DNA of 63,687 bases, filler included, from Choristocarpus tenellus KU-1152 (lineage: Eukaryota > Protista > Phaeophyceae): NCBI GenBank assembly GCA_964200185.2. It is 7 parts of 7 records of this genome, joined end to end, with 100 filler letters (N's around TTAATTAATTAA, not from the genome) between each part and the next. Parts side by side here need not be neighbours in the genome. Positions count along the whole stretch, not along the records: positions 1 to 29,870 come from CAXNAD020000099.1; 6 more parts are not named here. One strand, given 5' to 3'. Made by a program: the position numbers and the translations under genes. Positions 13,295 through 25,787 of this stretch are shown one piece after another (positions within the stretch are counted from its first letter, which is position 1; each line of letters starts with the position of its first letter). Under the pieces are notes generated by a model that worked only from the letters and a program-made list of their open reading frames with translations, had not been told where the DNA came from and did not search any database.

Positions 13295-15749
13295 TCTCTC
13301 TTCCACCTGATATGGTTTGGTACTCGTGCCTCCTGCCTCTCCACCCTTGACACTCAATTCCTCTTAATGATCCTCCTCCTGGACGAGAAACCCTGTAATT
13401 GCCAAATGATTTTTTTAACGAAACCGCTCTCTTTGTTCATTAACTTCAACCAAGCAACAAACAACGGATAAACAATCAACAATTACCAACTATCTAAAAA
13501 TGAAGCTTCAGTATTGTATTATATATTGCATATTAAATGTTGTACATAATATCCTTCTCCCAAATATCCAAATAGAGACAGCAACTTAGGAACATCTTCA
13601 CCCAAATACAATGTAGTGGTGGTTCACATGATATCCGATTTTGTAGTAGTAATTGGGCTCCACCTCCTCGGAAAGGGGAGCGAAAAGGGCGCAGACACAA
13701 CCTGACAATTGACACCTGCTGGGCTCTGTTGATCCCTGCTCATACACAGTTACGCTGGTATACGTGGAGATGACTGGGTTGTAGCTATGCTTCTATGGGG
13801 ATTAACAAAGAAGCGGGGTGTGGGGATTAGTATGCACCCTGTGTTTGTGGGTAGGATTCGGATATGAAGCCTAGCAGACTTGTGGATGGGTGGGGAATGA
13901 CAGCATGCCTTTATCTATGTTCCCAATACTTTTAGACATGGGAAAGGAGCCGAACAATCTCCCAGGAAAAGGGCTTAGAGAATGATTCCATATTGATTGG
14001 CGATTAATTGTATTTCCAATGTCAATTTGGTTATAGAAAATGGACACTTGGATACTTACAGAGCTATCGCAAGTGCCGAGGCTGGGGAAAGCTATATATT
14101 CATGACTCCGTCAACATGGAGGATGTCGGGAGAAGGTATTACTGATTTCCTACAGCAAGCTGCTGGGGATGGAATATAGGTTTGCCGAATGGCATATCAG
14201 CAACCCAGCACAATTCACTGTATTGTCTGCACGTGCTGCCTCAGTCTCATTCTGATCTTAACTTTCGAAAAGAAGTGATCCCGACCTATCCACACAGTGT
14301 TGAGTCCATCAGTAAAGTCGGAAGGGGCAGCAGCACACCTGCTCTTAAGTCCAAATTAAGTCACCTGCCTGGGGGATCGAAAAGTTTCTTGACGAAGCAC
14401 CTCACAAAAGCAATTTAGCCACCCGTCTATGTTGTTTTGCCATGAGGCTATCAGGTGTAAGAGTCCACGTTTTCAGTTTTCTCCATATCCTGTCCTTGGC
14501 AGTGGTTCATCCACCCGTCCAACGTATCAGCAGTTCCAATTGTGTGCTTAAGGCAGTGGTCCAAGCAACAACAGCAATATCTAATGTAAGATATTTAATC
14601 ACATACGATATGCACCATCAAAGCAATTTATCCTCATTCTGTAGCAGCCAGGTCAGTGACTCAACAAATTATTTTGTGGATAGTCCTATTCAGTTATAGT
14701 GTGTGTAATTGAAAATGACCTGACTTCAAAATCTACTTGTATGTAATTTATTTAAACTCTTGAGACATAGATTCAAGATATTCCTTAACTACAGGTATTG
14801 AAAGGCCTTGGTCGATCCCCTTGAGCATCACAACCAAACCAACAAGCCACCCTTAAACTTTCACACGAAAAGTGCCAAAACCAAACAACAAGAATCTACC
14901 GTATATGCAATCAATCGAGCCTGGCACATCTCAACAAGTCACACAAACGCTCATCACCATGTGTGTGTGTAAAACAGCTCTCGCACCAGTCCAAGCCACT
15001 TTTAGTGAGATCCAACAGTCAGCATGTGGTCGTATATGCACCTTCTTTCTGGAACAAACTTTGCACAAAGATTTGTCCTTTTATAAAGAGAGTTCCCTTT
15101 ACACAAGTCAATCGGGGAAATGCCGTATCTCGACTACTTTCTCTGTTCCCTTTGTCCTAACTAAGTTGAATATTTTTTGTGTCTTGAAGTGTTCTTCGAC
15201 AATCAAACCAACAACATGCATATTGGTGAAACTGTACTAAAAAATATCTCTTTTTCAAATACAAATCCAGTACCAGCCAAGCACCAATATTCATTCTGTC
15301 AATACTACACATAAAACACCGCACTGCTCGCAAGTCAGAACACATGAAGACCCTTCAAGAAACTTAAGGCACATGAACAAACGCTTCGTGCACGTAAGGA
15401 AGGCCAGAGAGTGTCAGTCGCTACAAAGATCAACTTTCCCACTCCTCTAAGGCACAACCTGCTGCAATAGCATCACATCAGAGATGTATTCACTCCCTCA
15501 ACTCACAACTACTCACTCTTGCGGTTGACCAATCCATCACAAATAATGCACTCTTTTCCAACTCCCAAATCTGACACTTGCTCATCCGGTCAACACAAAT
15601 TACAGTTGGATGAGAAAAGCACAGACTACATAGCATATCCTGCTGTAGAATGCAGAGCAGTCTCGGCTAATCAGCAAGCACCAAGATTCCTCTGCCCATG
15701 TGTACAAAAACTTCAATCAACAATACACTACTTATTGGAGAATGACATC

Positions 15750-18700
15750 TCAAAAGATGCTCTGAGATCCAGGCAAGGTCAAGTTTGGGTTCACGCCAGC
15801 AGGTTTTACACTCCACAGGCTGATATCAAACCTGCAGGGAGTTGTGCGAACACAGTTTTAGTAGTTAGGATGGCATTTACACATGGGTTAGGGTAGGGTT
15901 AGGGTTAGGGTAGGGTTAGGGTTAGGGTAGGGTTAGGGTTAGGGTTAGGGTTAGGGTTAGGGTTAGGGTTAGGGTGGTATTTATGCATGCACATGTGACT
16001 GCAATGATCACAGTGCAATATCTATCAAGAGTTGGCCCCCAAAATATAATTACGACTTTCTCATCAACAATGTTTTAGGTGCTGATATTAATAAGTCCAA
16101 AACCTTCACAAAATACCAGTTCGATTCTTTGTATTTTCAGAGTTAACAAACCTTCATACAGGACAAGAATATGTGGAGATTCCATGCACAATTCGACCAA
16201 TAAGTATCATACTGTACCGATAAAAAAATATGTGTTAACATAAAGAACAGGACAACACAAGATCCTACAAACAGTACCTTCGACACAGCACTGTTGATCC
16301 ATATGTAGCTGTCTGCTTTGCCCTTTTCCGCATCAACCTATCCCCAAGCACTTACCACCATGCCATATTCAGGGCATCAATGAACTCCACAAGTACATCC
16401 TATTGGTCCAACTCCAGGCATCTCCCCCCCTCAAAGTACTCCACATTGCTAGACAAAACTCACTGGACTGTTGCATCACCAGGGATGAATGGAGGTCTTC
16501 CAGTCTTTCCAAATGCCAAGGCAGGAGGAAGGACAATCTTGCGACGACCTCCCTAGAGTAAGAGTAGAGTTAGAGTAGGTGTGAAAATATTGCCATGAAA
16601 ACATTGTCATTGGACCCAGAGAGGGATTTTTAGGCGCAAGCAATCGCTGCATAAGTATAGATACAGGAGGGATCAACCTTTTTCATAGTTTGAGTGTTTT
16701 ACAGCGTACAAGGTCATCCCTAACCCTAAACATGGGGAAGTGATTTATTTGAAAGCATGAAAGGGAGTAGAATCAGAATCATTTGCTCGGAGCAAAAGGG
16801 TGCTTTTGGCAACAGGGGGAGGGGAGGGAAAACAATCTGAGACAGCAAGAACAATGCACAAAGCGGGCCTACAAAATATGTTGGCAGGGAGGGATACAGC
16901 TAGACCACATAGGGTAAATAAAGTGCTTGGAGTATACTAACAAAGTCCTTAAGTGAAACTGGCATCCACTGCAACCAATTCAGGCATTATCATAACCAAC
17001 CACTTGTGTGAAGACATATTTAGAGGTCACTTACCTACGGCATACATCTTGTATAATATAATAAAATAACAATCAAATAAATGATAATATGAACTACTGA
17101 GTACATCTAATCAAGACAATACAAGAGAGTTGCCATCACAAAGGAAGCAAAAGGTATCTACTGTGTGACAGCATCAAACACCCCAGCAGGACAGACTACC
17201 ACATACATACTTACAAGGTACAAAATTTACACCCATACTTACGAACAAACCATTCATCCTTAGGTGAGCAGAGCAATAGGCACATCCCAACCACTTTTTG
17301 TCGAAAGTAGTTTCTCAAACAATAGGGGTACAGCAACAACTGAGAGTATTGAACGTTAGGGTTAGGGTTAGGGTGAGGACTCCTTCACACTCAATGCAGA
17401 GGTTACACCCACCACTTTCATCCCCTCAATGCACTGCTGAAGACCTACGGGGATACTCCCAGGTCCAGTAGAAGTGCCAAAGTTAAATCCCAAGGGCCTG
17501 GCTGCCAGACCCTGGCTGTCCCGGGAGCTCTCCACCTCCAAGCCTGACAGTGAACAGGGAGGGAAAACAAAGGGGAACATGAGGGTTTGACCCATAAAAC
17601 CTCATCCCACATTTTGGTGCAGGATGGTTGACTGTTATCAAATATTCGTTTGCAGCCTTGAAAAATGTTCATATCTCAGCCCTACAAGGTTTAATGCAAA
17701 AGGCTCCTCAGCACATTGATCTACTTCCATTGCTCATGAGTCTCTCAATATTGTATGAGTATGATGTTATCTGCACTACACCTAACCAATACTCCAAATC
17801 TTGAGAAAAAGAATAGGTGCACTCTAAGCAACACTCAGTTGCACTCAGTCAGATGACACCATTCGTCACACATTGACTCAGAATTGTAGGTAACAGATAG
17901 CCCATCTACAAGCAAAATCTCAGAATTATGGGAACAAACATAACACAGCAACATAACACAGCAATATAACACAGCAACATAACACACCTCCCCTCAAATG
18001 CTCGGAGTCCTATCACAGCATCTCTCCCTTGCTCACATGGTTTTAACCACCTACCTCAGTGGAGACATCTCTTAGACACGCATTGGACAAACTACTACTT
18101 CACGTTACCAGTACTCAAATATATTTGCCATTACGAGCAGTTCCAGCATTCTACTTGAAATGTTAAATTTCTGATTGTAGTCCTCTCATGGTGATCTGCC
18201 TACAGGGCAAAAGTAGATGTCACATCACATGCAAAACCTCTCTATGTAAACACAAAATATGCCACAAACCTACAGAATAGAGTTTACAAGTGGCATGCTG
18301 TGTATAAAACAAATAGTCTTCATAAATCAGGGGAAAAGTATTCAAGCAGCGCATCCACACAGCTTATGGAACGTCAAGCATTGCTATACACCGTGGGAAT
18401 AGCAGATACAACCAAAATAACAGAGTTTCTCACTCCAGTCAGGATAGCGGACAGCTTCAATGAACTTGAGAGCTTTATAATGCATGCATCAGAGCTTAGT
18501 CTTGCACATTTTGGGGCGTGGTCTAGAATCTAGTGAATGCAATTCCAAGGGAGGAAGCTAAACCAGCGGCCATTCAGTGCATTGGGTTTTCACCAATCAG
18601 CAATCAATATCAAAATAATACATCATTGTTGCTTCATATAGTGCTCGCAAATATATACATTTTGAAACCAGAATCTTGTGCGGAACCCCCCCCCAATTAC

Positions 18701-19637
18701 TGACGGATTATTACAATTCAAACTATGTACATTCACCAAGGTAAAGGCCAACCAGGAATATCTCCTTTGAAATATTCCTTTTCCAAATGTTTCAATGGAA
18801 CTGTCAGAGGTGGGTCAGACATAGAAAGCAAGACCGGCAGGTAGGCTCCCCGAGTCCACACACACCCCTCTTCTCCCCTCTCTACTAATCTATATTCTTC
18901 ATTTCCTCTTCCCCTCTCACCTCCATAGAACAAGGAGTAGTGTATAGCCACGCGATCTCCTTTATGAGGGGTAGCCCCATCCCCTATCGTCATCTCCTTG
19001 TACTGAGCTCCTGAATCCAGCGTGACCCATGGTCCACCCCCCTTGATACGCTTAACAGCCGACAATGCTGGTTGAGGCCTTACCTCGAGGATAGCTGATC
19101 CAAAAACGGCGGCGGTGGCCCAAGCAGAAACAACAGACTGGCGAGATTGGGGAGAATCGGCATCTCCTGTGCAAGAACGGGAGAGAGTTCCAGATGGAAC
19201 TGGGTGTGACAAATATGTAGAGTAGAAATTCCAAAGGATAACGCCCTTTGAAGCATTGCCCTTTGTACAGCAAGTGTTCTATGCAGCACGAAGAGAAAAC
19301 ACGGGTGGAAGGGTAACGCGTGGACACTGACATCAACATACCGTCAGACATGCGGCAAGTCGAGCTTGGTACGTCCACCTTGCTCCATGCCACCTGAATT
19401 TTTGAGTAAATGAAGCATCTATCAGCTAAATCAGGTGACATTAAGGTGGAGGAGTGAAAACCAGAAGATAGGTCCATGTCAACAAAAGCGGGGAATTCAA
19501 ATTGGTGTTGTCAATTTGAACATACCGAAACTCGTGTGGTATACCTTCAACTTGGAGATAGAAGAACCCTGGAACGCAAACGCTGGGCTTGCCCAGAGGC
19601 AAGCAATTATGATCCACCGTGCTGAAGCTGTTTTCAT
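15750..19637 (-). CDS. FKBP-type peptidyl-prolyl isomerase, predicted plastid/thylakoid lumen; exons 19637-19545, 19393-19342, 19199-18921, 17543-17413, 16552-16464, 15831-15750
   Basis: FKBP motifs GDGATPHKGDRVAIHY, GLQQCIEGMKVGGRRKIVLPPALAFG and PFIPGDATVQFDISL. N-terminus MKTASARWIIIACLWASPAFA-FQ is a signal peptide plus ASAFAP-like motif, followed by a second hydrophobic stretch ending QPALSA. All introns are GT-AG and in phase. Confidence 0.9.
15888..15974 (+). repeat. Interstitial telomeric array: 12 TTAGGG + 3 TAGGG units, inside the last FKBP intron
   Basis: Read directly from the sequence; the first 51 bp are (TTAGGG-TAGGG-TTAGGG)x3. Confidence 0.95.
17356..17373 (+). repeat. (TTAGGG)3 interstitial telomeric tract in FKBP intron 4
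   Basis: Read directly from the sequence; followed by a TGAGG variant. Confidence 0.9.
17940..17986 (+). repeat. 12-bp minisatellite (ATAACACAGCAA-like) x4
   Basis: Read directly from the sequence. Confidence 0.8.
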
Positions 19638-19832
19638 GTCTTCAATGTCCTTAAATCCTGTGAGATGTGTTCATGAGAGGGTACTTCTTACACATGAAAT
19701 AGTTGTGTTGTTAACAACAATAGTAACAGCAATAGTCTTGCCATCCAAACAATATAAAACTCTCAACTCATTAGAGGGAAAGGTAGTTTACTTCTACTAA
19801 ACTAGCGCACAGTAGAGAGTGAGGACAGAGGA
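19638..19832. promoter_or_regulatory. Putative bidirectional promoter between FKBP and NDUFS4
   Basis: Only 195 bp separate the two divergent start codons. Confidence 0.6.
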
Positions 19833-22800
19833 ATGATGGCGACACGACTTGCTACGAATGTACAAAGGGCTAGTTCTGGAATCGTCGCCGCCCGCACCTC
19901 AGTCCGGGCATTGAGCAGCAAGCAGCCTGACCTTCCGGAGATGGATGAAGAGACTATCAAAAAGGGCATGGACCAGTATTTGAGTGCCAAGTACAAGAAT
20001 GGTAAGGATAAAGCACGAGGATCAATCTCCATCCACTTAAAATCCTTGAACTGTTTGAGGAGATGAAGGGTTATGTGCTATATGGACGGAGAGGGGATAA
20101 GGAGGGTAACACTGTGAATTCGTTGACGATGCTGTTGGGAGAAGTTGGCTGAGAGGCAGAAAGGGTTGCAATGAATGAACTGGCGTCTAGCGTGGAAGAG
20201 ACGATCGATTGAGACCCTGCTGCTTGAATTTTTCGGGTTGCTGCTCCTCAATAATTTGCCCATGGGACCTACGTTGCATAAGAATGTCCTGCACTTCAAG
20301 TCGACTGTTCACTTGGGTCACAAGGTACCACTTCGCAGTATTCCACCTTGTGGAACTGGTGGATTTAAACTAGTGGTATTTTTTCAACTCCCCGCCTATC
20401 ATATTTACTTGATAGATGCAACTTGAATACATGATGAAGAAATTGCTTTCACAACTGCACCACCTGTGCCACCACAGCCTTCTGACTTGTGCTGTCTGGA
20501 ATGGGTGCCCCCCGTGACATCTACACCACGTCTCGCTTGCTGCTGTTCTAACACAAACCCTACATCCAACTCTTACCTTGCCTACCCTTGTTAACACTAT
20601 TCCCCCTCGTACATCTGAACCCTCTACCTAACCTCAACCCTCTCCGCATTGATCCTCGAAATTGTGCCAACCCTAACCCCAACCGCCATCTCTCTCATCC
20701 TGCCTACCTTGAACCTAAGAGTCACCTCTACACTTAAATCTTACCTTCTTCCTTCCATGCCCCTGGGCCTCCATCACTACCCAACCTCTCGACCAATACT
20801 GCCACCATCTCCTCCTGCCCCTGTCTCGCCTTGCCTGACTGCCCCACGTCTGTTGGTGCTGGATAGTGACACCAGCAGCAATCCCGCAGGGACCGCAAGA
20901 GCCCAGCGAGAGCTTGCCAGAAAATCAGGTGGAGATTATGGCCATAGATCCCCTTCCTCCAGCTCAGCAAGGGCGCAAGGTGGTGATCAGCCAACGCTCT
21001 AAGGCTGCTACCACCTCAGGGAGATATGGCCTCCACACTTGGAACCTTGACTTCAAGAACCAGGTTGGTTGATGCTGTTGTATAATGTGTTTGGTGTTAA
21101 GTTTGCTGTGTTCATGAGTGCTTATGATGTCACACCTGGAACAGTACGTCAAAGAATGAGGTTGAAATGTGTTGTAGTTGTAACTGCCTTAGTTGCACTA
21201 GTTTACTGTCAACACGTGCCAGTTGTGTGCCTGCTGCGTCCCCGACTTAATCTCACTGGTTTGCTATTATTTATCTATTGTTCCCCTCCCTTTCCACTCC
21301 ATCTTGTCACTCAAATGGTGGCTTGAGGTTAGGGTTAAGATTGTGTTAGATTGTTGCACTCTCCTGCAGCATTGCCTGTATGACACATGGAGCAAACGTA
21401 GTATTCTGCTCTCGCCTCCCTTCTTTGTATCATGATCCACACCTTTTGTGTGTACAACACAAGCATGTATGCATTGCACACGAGCAAATTGTATATGAGC
21501 TACATAGGAGAGAAATCTGTTTGATTCTGTCTATAATTTGATTCTGTCTGCTGTGTGACTTGTACACACCCCTAACCTATTCTCTTTTTTTTGTTTACAA
21601 CTTGTTTGATTTCTTTTCGCTGTCAATCTTTGTTTGTGTTGGCCCTCTATGAAATATGTTTTTACCCCTCCTTATCCTAGTCTTCTCACTGCATATTCAA
21701 TACTTGAATATTTATATATATATTGATTTCGAAAGTCAAAATGATGTGATCGGCATTTCTTTATTGTAGGCTCTGGGGCTATTTCTTGCTTTTCTGTAGG
21801 ACTGACCTTCACCATTTTTCTCAGCATTGGAAGCTTCTTATCTGCAAATTTCAACATAGTAATCCACATGTTCAGGCATTCCCTCTCTGCAGAGGATTTT
21901 ATTTTGTTCTGTTATTAGTCAACCCATGCATCCCTTTGCAAATGTTGCAATTTGGTGATAATATTCATTCCGGAACTCCTATCTTAAAGAAGTCCCTCCT
22001 CTCTACTAAACCCTTCTCAGCATTTACGTCATTGGTCATGATACAGTCTGCTAGGATTGTCCATGTGCCATGTGCCCATTCTCCTGCCTCCCCCGATACC
22101 ATAGCCTTTGTTCAACCTTGACAGTGTGTTGTACCCTACTCTTTCCGCCCTTAACCCTATATAATGATATGTGCAGGAGAGATGGAGTAACCCCCTCATG
22201 GGCTGGACAAGCACAGGTGACCCTATGTCGAATTTGAGCTTGAAGTTTGACACACCTGAACAGGCAGTGCATTTCTGCAAGAAGCGTGGTTGGGACTATG
22301 AGGTGCGCTACTTGTGTATGTACTTGTGTATGTATTCACCAGGCAGTATATGCTTGAATGTGCTAAATAGTGTGTGTGTGTGTGTGTGTGTGTGTGCTAC
22401 ATTCTTGAGTGTTGATGTATGAGTGCTTACACCACAACTGGTTTAGTTCAATGGATGAGTGGAGGGAAGGAGTTCCATGGAGGGAGGACCAAGAACTTTG
22501 GAGTGGGAACCATGGTATATACTCCTTCCCCCCCTATAGCTTAACTGTTGACTAAACTAGCACTTGTTGACCCTCCTGTCATAACGCCTCCATCGCCCAT
22601 TCCCTGTAGACATCTGTTTCATATTTTAAACATAGCACACGCCACTGTATATATAGATAGATACTCCTGCCACCATTGACGCCCACCCTCCACCTCTTTC
22701 CTGAAACCTTGTCGTAAAGAGGTTGCAATAGTGTACAACTAACAACATGGTTTGAGAGTATGTACATGTCAATGGCCCATTCTGTTGTCCTACTCTGTTG

Positions 22801-24485
22801 TATATCATACATGGTTTGGCAGGTCAAGCTCCCCCTCCAAAGTGAACAAGTACTGGGTGCAACAAAGTATGCTCACAACTTCCTTCCAATGGATATTGAG
22901 CGTGAGATCAAAGTCAAGAAGACAGAATCCAAGTGAGAAACAGTGAGGGAAGGGGGGAGGGGGAAGAGCACTATAGTGCTTAGTGGCAATCAATACTTGT
23001 GAGTTTCAAGGCCTGTTTTTCGAGATCTTTGCGGTAAAGGACACCTACACACACCCTAGCACAGTGATGTAGAGGCTGATAGGGTAACAAAGGTTGCCAT
23101 GATTTTTTTCTATTGACCGATAGGGTTAGGGTTAGGGTTAGGATTAGCGATATATACACCTTCTGTTGGTAGAAATTTCGGCATTCTCTTGTTGGCATGG
23201 CTCCTCTTTTACCTGAAGGGCCATGTTTATTGGCAATTCAAATGTTGACCTTTTCATAGCGTTGTGAAGATGTGAATTGAAATTATTTTAAATCGACTGG
23301 AAGACTTTTGATGTACTTGATGGCATGTCGAAATGTACATGCTGTTTTTTTGTTGGTGGAGTTTCACAAATCACCTAGCTCTGAGGGTAATGCAAGCAGC
23401 ACATGTTCACAAGAAGAATAGCCAATCGAACAATCCCATCATGATAACCGAATCTACTGCTTCATTCACTCCTCAACCTTTCACCAAAAAGTTATAGTAT
23501 TGTTGGATTTTATCTTTTTGTGAAGTGTTGTGTTTTAATCAGTTTGGAGTCATGTGTTACCGTGTAGTGGAAAAGGCAGCTGTTTTTTTCACAGATAACG
23601 GCCTGTTTCTGAGGCAACTAGAAATCTGCTAACTTTTTGTTTATGTGTGTACCAGTATACCATAGCCCACTGTGCCTTGGTTTCCACTCTCATGACCCAT
23701 CTTTCATAATGCACCTTGATATTTTTGTGCCCTGGCCTAAGAGCGGTGATATGTGTAGATAGGACTCCTGAACAATGAAAAGTAACATAGGGGGCTCAGT
23801 CTGTGTGTTGAGGACCTGAATAAGGAAAATATTTTGGTGGGTTGTAAGGGAGGAGAGGTCATCCAATTGGTAACTGCAGGACCTCCTTCCACTTTTTTGC
23901 ATGATTTATGATTGCACTCATTATGCCATGGATTCTCTCATCTGTAGGTGAGCTTTGTTGTTGATGAAACTGGCAGTAATTTGCCCCAGGCACCATAGGA
24001 TGTATTGGCATTGATGACTAAGCTGAACATATGCAAAATGATGCTACCTTGAGATTTGAAGTGCATCCATTCTCTCATCTTTCATAAGAGTCCCTGTGGT
24101 GCTGATTCTAGCAGAGCATCGAAATTTGCTCATCTCATCCACAATAAGGTCTCCAAAGTTTTCATTGGGTAAAAATGAGAACAGCACGGGTTGGTGGCAA
24201 CAGAATATAGATACCTGCTGACAGCCAAATGGTTTTATGTTTGCCTGAGCTCAAGTATTCATGGTTTAGCACAAAACACTTCATCTTCCCCCACCGATAA
24301 CCAGTGCCACTCACTCCAAACCTGGGGCTCTACCCCCCTCTTGGCGTTCTTTGATCAATACTCACAGGCATTTTGCATTCCCAACTGTGGGTGCAAGTCA
24401 CTACCTCCGTCCTCTTAACTTCCACGGAACTGGTCAGGTCCGCCAGCATGGCAACCCAGAGGCCGCAGTGTCTGAACAGAAGTGA
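19833..24485 (+). CDS. NDUFS4: NADH:ubiquinone oxidoreductase subunit NDUFS4 (18 kDa); exons 19833-20001, 20867-21063, 22177-22302, 22823-22932, 24368-24485
   Basis: Arg/Ser/Ala-rich mitochondrial presequence. Family signature [16 protein letters not shown]...[48 protein letters not shown] and KYAHNF. Introns are GT-AG and in phase. Confidence 0.93.
23121..23143 (+). repeat. Short TTAGGG tract in NDUFS4 intron 4
   Basis: tagggttagggttagggttagga read directly. Confidence 0.85.
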
Positions 24486-25787
24486 AGCTTTGTAGTTGGA
24501 AAGGCCAGCGTGTAGCACTCTTCATCTCTTTCCCACATCCTGACTGGTCCCTCCACCACTCACATGCCCTGGGATGTCCTATTTTGTTGATATTGGATCA
24601 GCAACAAGCAAGAACTATGGAAATGGAAATTTGAACAATCTATTGCCTCAAAGTAGTCTCCTGTCTTCTCTTGATTGGGCTTCTTGTCATGGACTTGTCT
24701 GTTTCAATCTCTCTTGATGCAAGTGACATGGTCTTTGTAAGTGAAAGAAAATGTAGGTGATGAAGGGGGACAAGGGAACGAGAGTAGTTTTGCTGTTGAA
24801 GACATGAAGGTTTTACCTGGATTACCCTACTGCTCTTCCGTCAAGGTAGAGCACCCGTACTTGAGTGGAGGTTGGGGAAATCCTTCAGAGAGGTTTTGTT
24901 TGTGCAAGGGACAATACCTCTTTCAACTTTTGAGGTTGGGTAGATGGCCACAAGAACATTCAGTTCATAAGTAGTCTTTGGTGCTGTGTCGGTGTATGTT
25001 AATAGGTAGGACCCTGGGGTTTGGGGTCCATGGGCGGGCTTTGGCAGGGGGGGGGATGTGATGTGGGTAGGAAGGTCGATGCTGGAGATGGCAAGTTACT
25101 GGAGGATATGTCTCAAGTTGTAACCACTGGAAGTAAATTGCCAACTTGTTTTTTCTTCCAGGGTGGATGGATGCTAGATCATCCATGTTTTAGAAGGTCA
25201 TAAAAATTGAGTGCACCTGTCAATTCTCCTATAGTAATACCCAAGGCAACAGGGGAGGTCCATTTATCTTCCAAACACTGACTGAAAGGACCTTTGCTCT
25301 TGAAGCATTTTTTGTCATGACCCAGCAAATCACTATTTGAAGTAGCACACTAACCTTTGTGCATTATGAGACTGCCTTCATATAACCCTTCCTTAACATC
25401 ATGTGACATGAAAATAAGAAACCCAGTAGTGCTGGGCCCACCCCATGTTACGATATTTTTTCAATGTGTGATGAATATGCAAGTTTTGGATGCGGTTAAT
25501 CATGGGTGAAAAAACTCCATCCTTGACATGATGACCCATTTTTGAAAGAAGGGAGAAACATGGCAAGGCAGGGCGTGTGTTGTGTATTGTCCTGGAGCAG
25601 AAGGGTTTGTCCCTCCCCAAGCAAAGAATCATGCACAAGGCACTGTGTTCATATCTTCAGATGCTCCCTTCCGCAACTACTACACCTCCCAATGACACCT
25701 CTACTTCCATCTCCCTCCCCACTGGTAGTAGTTGCTGCCTACCCCTTGTATTGGCAGTCTAATATTATACTACAATACATAATACTC

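Noticed and set aside
15888-15974. True chromosome end
   Set aside because: The array is internal to an intron, with in-phase FKBP exons on both sides.
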